Assembly: GCA_000165425.1 (NCBI GenBank)
Contig: CT868001.1
Coordinates: 186,001-250,000, forward strand
Source: Paramecium tetraurelia
Taxonomy: Eukaryota
Direction of reading: 5' to 3'
Length of the DNA: 64,000 bases
Shown here one piece after another: positions 55,282 to 64,000 of this stretch; position 1 is the stretch's first letter, and the number at the start of each line of letters is the position of its first letter. Below the pieces are notes generated by a model. It was not told where the DNA came from. It saw nothing but the letters and a program-made list of their open reading frames with translations, and did no database searches. Made by a program: the position numbers and the translations under genes.

Positions 55282-56442
55282 TTTTTAGTGTATTGTATTA
55301 AAATTACTGATTAATAAATATTGGGATCTGAATTTAAAATCCTTACAATGTTGTAAGACATAATTTAAAATATGTATTTCGCTATCAAGTCTTTCTTTGA
55401 ATAAACTCTAAATTAATGCGAAGTTAAAAAATAAACTAAAAAAAAATCATAATATTTTAATATTATTTTTTAAATAATCATTTTAAAATCACTAAACAAT
55501 TTGTAGAAATAATAATCTTCCAAACCCTATCTTCCAAATAAGTAAGATATAAGTCCTTAGAATTCACCTTCTATTCTCCCTCCTTATACGAACATCATTA
55601 ATTTAATGTGTTTTTAATTTTTATATTTCATTTAAATTATATATATTATAAATGTTGATCTCAAAATCATGAAATTTACATGAAAAAAACAGTAATAATA
55701 AATTCATTACTACCATGTTAATAAATTTATTCATGTATTCATCAGAATAAATAAATCAAAATCTTAACTAAACTGTGATTAAAATTTCGATTCTTAGATG
55801 AAGAACGAATTCCATAATGGTAAAATTATTGAATTACGGGAAGTACTAAATTGAATTTTCTTTAGATTAAAACTTTTTTTTATTGACTGCTTTTTCTATT
55901 ACATTCAGTAGAAGAATGTGAATCTCTATGATAAATAACATATTTTAAGAGTTTTAATATTACCATTTCAAAATTTTTGAAATTAAGCAAAATTTTTTTT
56001 ATTATTTGATTGGCTTTTTTATTTCTCATTATGATTTCTCTCTTATTCTTTACTATCCACAATTAAAATTTTAGTTTTTGTTGAAATAAAGTACTTTAGA
56101 CTGAATTCAAGAATTTAGGAAAAGTAATATTAATAAGTTTAAATAATTAATATTGATTACAGATATAATTCTTGTTGATTAATATTGAAGCGAACTTAAA
56201 AATTTATAATATGCATCAGTATTTATATATACACTATAGAATCAAGAAGGAATATCAAAAATGAAAACCACTAATTTGGCTGAGAATTAATTTATTTAGG
56301 AAGAAGTTTTATTAAAATAAAACTATATATTAATAATTTTATTAATAAAAGCATCATACTTAGTTATTTGAATTAGATTGGGTTGGATAAGTTTGATTAA
56401 ATCAAAATTAATTTGCAAGAAATAATTTATTAAATTTGACAT

Positions 56443-57963
56443 ATGAAGAATCGGAAAACCAAAAAACATTAAACTCACTTATAAACAAATAGCCATGCTC
56501 TTCTTCATTCAGGAACTATAATAGCTGATAAGTTTATATTATTGGAGAAAGTTGGATAAGGCAGCTTTGGATATATTTTTAAAACAGAGAACATCGAAAC
56601 GAAAGAGGTAGTAGCTACAAAATTTGAGAAGAGAGAGAATAAAAGTACTAGTACAGGGAGCATGTTGGTTAGAGAAATCAAAGTGTTGTTGGAACTAAGT
56701 GGAGTGGAAGGTATTATAAATAGTATAATTATAAAGGTTTCCCATAAATTCAATATTATGGAAGAGACGAAAATTATAATTATTGCATGATCACTTATCT
56801 GGGTCATAATTTAGAATACCTGCTAAGGAAAAGCAAAGGGTTTTCTTAACTGTCCTGCCTTAAATTATCTCTTCAATTAATTGAAAGATTGGAATCTCTA
56901 CATAACAAAAATATTATTCATCGAGATTTAAAACCTGAAAATTTAGTGATTGGTTATATTGACACCCACAATGTCTATCTGATTGATTTTGGATTAGCTA
57001 AGTATTTTAAGGATAGCAATGGATAACATATACCTTTATCAGATAAAAAGGGAATCATCGGAACTGCTCGATACGCTAGTATAGCAGCTCATTAAGGATT
57101 GGAATAATCTCGAAAAGATGATCTAGAGAGCTTAGGTTATGTTTTAATTTATTTGAACTTTGGAAAGCTTCCTTGGATGAATCTTTAAATTGCTGACAAA
57201 CATGAAAAGTATAAAACTATATATGAATTGAAGAAAAATATAAAATTAGAATTATTAACTGAAGGGCTTTCTTAGGTAATCTGAAACAATATTTAGTGCT
57301 ATTTACTCTTACTATAACATGCGAAGTCAAGAGAATTTTAAGAATCACCTAATTATGCATTTCTTAAAGATTAATTTAAAAAAGCAATCTCTGAAAAAGA
57401 GTGTGAGGAATCATTTTATATGTTTGATTGGGAAAAACTTGCAGAAGTGAAAAACAAAAAACAGATACATTAAAGCAAAATTGAGAATCCTCCTGTAATA
57501 CGAAGTACAATCAAAAGATCATCTGCGGCTATTGTAGATCATCCTAAAAAATAACTTTCTACTAATTTAGTTCTTCCAGAACCAGAAAATATCGAGAATA
57601 GGAGTCGTAACGTAAATTATCAAATAATTAAATTAGGGAGTAAGTATGCATACATTAGGAACCTCTAAAATGATAAATTATCAAGTAAGTCAAAAAAATA
57701 TTGTTGAAGTTGATAAATATAGAAGAATTATGGAAAAATAATTGCCAAGAGGCCAAAGGAAAAGTCAAACAGTAGTATAACAGTAGTAATAAGCCTTCTG
57801 CAAGGAAACTAGTAAGCATTTTCAGGAAAGGGTCAAAACTATCGAATAAGTAGAATAAGAGTTTGAATAATTCAATGATTTAGACCTATTAGCTAAGGAT
57901 GATGCGAACTTACACTTCAATAACATTAAAGCTTTCTATTTCAAAAATTAATTGTATCATTGA
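56443..57963 (+). CDS. Casein kinase 1 family kinase
   Basis: [58 protein letters not shown]. Confidence 0.93.
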
Positions 57964-58047
57964 TTTACTTGATTTAACCATTTTTCTAGTTATTTTATAT
58001 TTTTATTTTATTTATCATATCGAACTTAATTATACATGAAAATTCAA

Positions 58048-59025
58048 TCATTATTTTTTATATTAATTCAAACTATTCTTCATTTCTCGTAGTAGTTCTT
58101 TGTTCCAATCCAGAGAATATGATTTGAACGAGAACTTCAAAAATATTTCTAATTTCTCATTCAATTTAAAATACTTAAGCATTCTTAAAAAATAAAATTT
58201 CATCTTCTTTTCATTATGCTCTAATCTAGAACGAAACTACGTATTTATTAATATTGTATTATTACCTTAAACATGTCAAAATCGTCTACCAAAAATTTAT
58301 TCAATTTGTTAATTTCCTCTTCACAACCTTAATAATAATGATATCTCAAAAAATATTAGCAAAATATCTACTAAGAAAGTTAATGTTGATGAAGAGTCTT
58401 TAAATTTATAATGGTATTATTTTTCAACATTCTCCTCCATTTCTAATAGTCTATGAATTCCTAATTTTTAAACAAAATTGAATCAAGATTGTCCTCTCCA
58501 ACCGACTAGTTGATAATTGATGAAGATTTAGTCAACTCCTCAATTTGCTTTTAATCTATTAATTCAAATATATTTAAGGCTTATAGTACTTGCTTATAAA
58601 ATACTCTCAATAATTTCAAAAAAATACCTTTATGGAACAAAATAACTTAATAAGCTTATGTGAATGTTATATGTGTAATTGGGACTTGCAAGATATTTAA
58701 AAATTTATTCTAAACCGTTCCTTTTTTCATACATGGTCTTGGATCTATAAACCGCTTAATCAGAATATGCAGACAGAATCAATATTAGATTGCAATCATA
58801 TAATTCTTGTTTTTTGTATTCGCTGCATAAGTATTTAGGTTTGATGCAATTTGATGATATTCCATTCGCCACTGATAATCCGAAAAGAGGCATCAACATA
58901 TATTTGTCGAATATCAAATCAGTTTCATTTTACAGTTAATAATGAGTAGTCATAAACAACTTATTCATTCTATTTGGATTATAAACTTTTTGTAAAATAT
59001 GAGCACTTTCAGATATTTATTTCAT
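58048..59025 (-). CDS. Hypothetical protein (~308 aa)
   Basis: MKQISESAHILQKVYNPNRM...NSLNQYKKQ*; removing introns of 22 and 29 nt leaves 927 nt in frame. Confidence 0.75.
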
Positions 59026-59290
59026 TATATTTAAATTATTTAATAATATTGAGGTTTTGCATTTTACAAGTTAACAAACATCCAATACTCTATTTTTGAA
59101 AATAAGTTACTCAGTTAATTCAATTGCTTGCACCAATATCTTTGATGATTTATATAAAAAAATAAATGATAAATTATGAAACCATATTTCCTTTTTATGC
59201 ATACATAGGAAAGATTTTTGTATTTAAGCAAATTATTGAATTAGTGTAAGTTTCACAGTTCATTTAATAATAATTTTAAAAAAATTGAAA

Positions 59291-60082
59291 ATGATGAATA
59301 CAAGAAATTATAAAAAAGATGTATCAGATTAAGGCTCTATCAAAGGATAAACAAATTAAAACTTTGGATATTCACAACCTCAATAATTTTAAGATGGAAT
59401 TTCGAGAATTCAAGAAGAGATGATGGATCCTCGAAACATTTAGCCTGATTCTATGTTTGTGAATTTTAGCGGAGTTCTAGAATGTGGTGAAGTAAAAGAG
59501 CTATTTAATAAATTAGTGTGAAGATGAAGAATCGTTAAGAATAGAATATGCAGTAAAATATGGAGGAGAAGATTGGACATATTTGAAAACTAGTGTATGA
59601 TTTCAAATAAAATTAGAATAATGCTGATGATGCAGAACCAAGTGGAATATCTTAATTGAGCACTTCACGAAATTTACACTCGAGAAATATTGTTTGGAAT
59701 TTCCCTTTTGAATGCAACTTTCAAACTAAAAACATATTCGGATGGCCCCAGGTTGTAGTCAGACTTTCAGGTCCTGATTTCATGGGAAGAAGTGTGGCTA
59801 AAGGGTATGGATCCGTTCATGTTCCAACTTAACCAGGATAGTATGAATTCTGAATAGTCTTCTAGTCATGAAAGAGTAATTAGAATATTCAAACCTCTAC
59901 CAATTTCTGGATTCACAGGATTTTTAGGTTATTTGTTAGGGAACACTGCTGAACTCAAAAACTTCGATAAAGTTATTTCCTCAGGTGAAGGAAGAGAAGT
60001 TACTCGAGTAAAATCGGTGGGATATGTAAAAGTTAAGTTTCACGTAACATTAGTAAATTTTGATAAATTTGGTTATTTATGA
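59291..60082 (+). CDS. B9D1: B9 domain-containing protein 1 (transition-zone MKS module)
   Basis: GEDWT, SGISQ, VWNFPFE, NIFGWPQVVV, GPDFMGR, KGYGSVHVP..PG, VISSGEGREVTRVKSVG, FDKFGYL*. Confidence 0.93.
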
Positions 60083-60458
60083 TATTGCATAAATAAATTA
60101 ATTAATTTTATTTTTATTGATCTTAATCTCTGATATAATAGGTACTCGCTAATTTAGATACATATCTTAAAGTAATAATTACTCTTATTTTTTTAAATTA
60201 CAGGTGAGACAACACAAAGATAACAAATGTAATTTGAAGTTTTTATTGAAATAAAGTAACATTCCATTTGTATTTTCAAAGAATAACAATAATATTTTGA
60301 AACATGTGATTCAATTTTTAAAAAAACATTAATACAATTGAATGCTAAATTTACAAAAAATGAACAAATAACAGCTTTATTATTTTTTGAAATCTTTCCT
60401 TCTGTCAAATAAAGTATGAGTTTTGATATAAAATGAAATCTATAATTATTATTAAAAT

Positions 60459-61480
60459 ATGAACTCATAAAACGACCAAGAAAAGTAGGGCTAAGATGAA
60501 CAAGGATTGGGAGAAGTGTTTGTACCAGCTCAGGTTGTGAATAACTTTAATCAAATGGTTGCTGATCCTCAACCTGTATTTCCTCTATTGATAATAATTA
60601 TAGTTCCCATCTGATAGGTCAGCTAAGCCTACTTAAGAGAATAACCTTCAGAATTAAGCTCCTTTGGTATGTAGATGGATATATGTAGTTAACTGATAAG
60701 TAGCAAGCGTAACCATTAATCAAGAAGCTTGATCCTGGTTCTGAAGAAATAAAAAAGATTCCCAAAGCAAGAAATGGATCTGCTCATCATAGTTAAGATG
60801 ATGTCTCAGTTAAAAGTTCAGGAGGAGCCAAATCTCCTCATTAATGTACCATTTTGCTATAATTAATCAGAAGCCCAATAGAAACGCATTAAAAGAATGA
60901 ACAGCAGAGTCAAGAGTCGACATTCTCAATAAAAACAACAATCAGATTTCTCAAAAAGTATAATGAAAATCACAGAAAACACAATCTTCTCAATAATCAT
61001 GGCAATCGTCACTATTTATGCTTTATTTGGAGATGATATTCGAATTTTATCAGTAGATAAGTAGGGAGATGATGTATTCTTTATCCTAACCGTGATATGC
61101 ATGATTGCATTTATTATCGAAATTACACTTACAAGTATCGCTAAACCAGACTACATTCTGAATGTAAATATAAAACAAATTTTAGTTTTATTTTATCTTA
61201 GATTTAATATCAACCTTAACGATGATATTAGATTTAGGTTGGATAACAGATACTTGGTATTCTGGAGATTTAACAAGTGCATCTTAAATTAAATCTATTG
61301 GTACTGCATCCAGAGCAGCAAGAAAAGCAGCAAGAGTTATTAGAGTTATAAGACTTGTGAGATTGGTTAAACTATACAAACATGCTCGCTAGTAAATGGA
61401 AAGAGAGTAGTAAAGAAAATTACTTTAAGATTTATTAAGATAAGCATAATAAAGTAAGAGTTCAGATTAATAATAATAAC

Positions 61481-61524
<44 letters not shown>

Positions 61525-63684
61525 TAATAACAATAACAATAACAATAATAGTAAAATTCATAAATATAATAAATTATACCTTAAAATGATGAATCCAGAA
61601 ATAATTCTCAAAATGAAATTGAAGTTGCCAAGACACCAGATAGAAGCTCTACTTCTTAAATAAGAACCTCTTAAACTTCATCTTAACCAGAAAACCAAAT
61701 AAAGGAATCTATTGTAGGAGCTTAATTATCAGATCTTGTTATGAGAAGAGTTATTACTATTATTTTAGCCATTCTAATAAGTATTCCTGTTCTTTCCTTA
61801 GATACTTATTAAGAAACAATTAGCAGTTATGATTCCGGAATTTACAGAATCTATTAATTTAAAGATAATCCCGAAATAATGAAATCTCTTTTGTATTAAT
61901 ATGCTCAATTCCATGTAGGAGAAATTTACCCAATTTATAGTGTTGATGTTAATTTAAAAGGAAATGGCAGTACCGATCTTGATGAATGGAATTACAATAC
62001 TAATCCAGAAATCTTTGAAGTTCCTGCATATGAAACTAAAGACTAATATAGATTTTCTGATTTACAATATTATGTTAAATCTGAAGGATCAGATCTACAG
62101 ACATATGCTGCAGCTGATTTGGTTACCTATAATCAAACTAATGCTATTTTGTCAATATTTTAAACCGTCTTTGTATGCATTGTCTTAGCTGTTTCAGCTT
62201 TGATGTTCAATAAAGATGTATCTGATTTAGTGATAGATCCAATAGAAGCAATGATGTAGAAAATAGAAATGATAGCAGCAAATCCACTTGAAGCAGTAAA
62301 TATAGAAGAATAAGAAGATTTAATAATGGAAGAGTTGGAGAAATCTCAGGATGTGGAAAAATTAAAATAGAAAGAGATAGAGAAGCATATGGAAACCTAT
62401 GTCCTCTAAAGATTAATAATGAAAGTAGGTGCTTTGTTAGCTGTTGGATTTGGTGAAGCAGGTTCTGAAATTATAGCTGAAAACATTAAAAAGGGTGGCA
62501 GTGTAGATCCCATGATTCCTGGTAAGAAGATTTTGGCAATCTTTGGATTTTGCGATATTAGAAATTTCACTGATGTAATATAAACTATTAACAATATAGG
62601 CAACTGAAGTATTATAATAAGGAGTAATGGTTTTTGTAAATGAAATTGCTGAGATTGTTCATTCAACAGTTGATTCTATGAGTGGATCTGCTAATAAAAA
62701 TATTGGTGATGCTTTCTTGCTCGTTTGGAAGTATTCACCCAATGATTATCATCCTGATCCTGACAATCCTAGAAACCTGAAATTAAAAACAGAAAAATAC
62801 ATTAAGTAAAAGGGAGACATGGCTGTGATGGCATTTCTCAAGATTATAACAGCAATCTCTATCTCCAAAAAGTTGGAGAAGTATAAGAAACATGAGGGAC
62901 TTAATGCTAGAATGAAAGACTATTCTGTGAAAATGGGTTTTGGTTTACACATGGGCTGGGGAATTGAAGGAGCTATTGGTTCTGGATTTAAAATTGATGC
63001 TTCATATCTTAGTCCAAATGTTAATATGGCATCAAGATTAGAGGCAGCAACAAAGCAATTTGGAGCTCTTATTCTCGTTAGTGGTATTCTAAAGTAATAT
63101 TTGACTGATGAATGTTAAAAACAGATGAGAATGATTGATATTGTTACTGTGAAAGGAAGTATTGTTCCTTTAGGTATTATATCATATTATTTTAAGAACT
63201 GCATACAGTGGATATGTCTATTAAAAATTTGCAAGCTAAAATCAAGTCTCTAAGGGATAAATTTGATGTTTCCTCGATGACTTAAAAAGAATCAAAGAAA
63301 TTTAGAGTCGTGAATAGATTTAAGAGAGATTAACAGATGAAATAGGTGATGAACAATTAAACTAATATTACTGATCTCTTTGAAAAGGATGACGAATTGT
63401 CAGCTGCTAGAGAACCATACACTTAAGTACAATATTCATTATGATTTTATTATAGTAATTTTATGAGACTTGGAAATAGGGATTTGATTAATACATTAAA
63501 GGAAATTGGGGAGAAGCATAATCAATATTCTAGAAAACCTTAGTAAATCAAATAATTAATAGTTTAGATTATGATACCTGAACATAAGGATGGGCCGTCA
63601 AATACTCTTTTAGAGGTTATTCATTCTTGTGGTGGAAAAGCTCCCAAAGATTGGAAAGGTTTTAGAGAGCTTACAGAAAAATGA
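60459..63684 (+). CDS. Adenylyl cyclase with N-terminal voltage-gated-channel-like TM domain
   Basis: TIYALFGDDIRI, S4-like RAARKAARVIRVIRLVRLVKLYK (61311-61380), LAVGFGEAG, GFCDIRNFTD, NKNIGDAFL, GFGLHMGWGIEGAIGSGFKIDASYLSPNVNMASRLE; ends WKGFRELTEK*. Confidence 0.96.
61468..61554 (+). repeat. (TAA/CAA)n microsatellite encoding Gln29 within the adenylyl cyclase
   Basis: 29 consecutive in-frame codons: 23 TAA, 5 CAA, 1 TAG. Confidence 0.92.
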
Positions 63685-63742
63685 TCAACAAATCTTTATT
63701 TGTCTTCAAAATTTATTAATTTAATTAAATAAAAATAATATC

Positions 63743-63749
63743 AAAAAAA
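63743..63749 (-). terminator. RNA polymerase III terminator (T7)
   Basis: Seven T on the minus strand immediately 3' of the tRNA discriminator base. Confidence 0.8.
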
Positions 63750-63821
63750 GCGGACCGAAAGGGGTCGAACCTTCACTTCCAAATTAGGAGCTTGGCGTAT
63801 TACCAGCAATACTGCAGTCCG
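63750..63821 (-). tRNA. tRNA-like gene, anticodon CCT (nominally Arg) with a non-canonical body
   Basis: CGGACTG-CA-GTAT-TGCTGGTA-ATAC-G-CCAAG-CTCCTAA-TTTGG-AAGT-GAAGG-TTCGACC-CCTTT-CGGTCCG-C. All four stems pair (some G-U); B-box GGTTCGA intact. Confidence 0.85.
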
Positions 63822-64000
63822 TATTTAGAAATATTAAAGGCAGAGATGATTGTATACTAAATGATGATGCAAAATTAAATATCAATTTATGTGATAAAAG
63901 GACATTTGATATATTTCAACTTCATCATCAGATCCAATTAATATGAATTGTTTGAAAGAAAGCTGCATGTTAGACATAAAAAATCTGGAGCCATTCAATT

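Noticed and set aside
63750..63821. Reading the tRNA as an amber (CTA) Gln, Met (CAT) or Sec tRNA
   Set aside because: The 5-bp stem/7-nt loop register with U33 fixes the anticodon as CCT; there is no long variable arm or TCA anticodon.

Overview
AT-rich, gene-dense ciliate macronuclear DNA, almost certainly Paramecium. TAA/TAG read as Gln at conserved positions, TGA is the only stop, and genes carry ~20-35 nt GT-AG introns, so the supplied standard-code ORF track is fragmented. Reading by eye with code 6 gives about 27 genes: a surface-antigen-like protein, a CK1 pseudokinase and an intact CK1, PP2C, a PH + permuted NlpC/P60 protein, EF-1alpha (four clustered 1-bp insertions), PKA-C, an HMG-box protein, an ACAD10/11-like enzyme, ArgRS, an ankyrin-DHHC palmitoyltransferase, a RING-CH ligase, a TRANK1-like UvrD helicase-TPR protein, ARL2, a membrane thioredoxin, alpha-carbonic anhydrase, HBS1, a trichocyst-matrix-like protein, a PI-PLC X-domain protein, a giant beta-helix membrane protein, B9D1 and an ion-channel/adenylyl-cyclase fusion. 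The best novelty candidates are (1) a well-paired but non-canonical tRNA-like Pol III gene with a CCU anticodon at 63750-63821 and (2) a possible RelE/ParE-like domain at the N-terminus of the 6.8-kb helicase-TPR gene. Gene boundaries were read manually; no searches were run.
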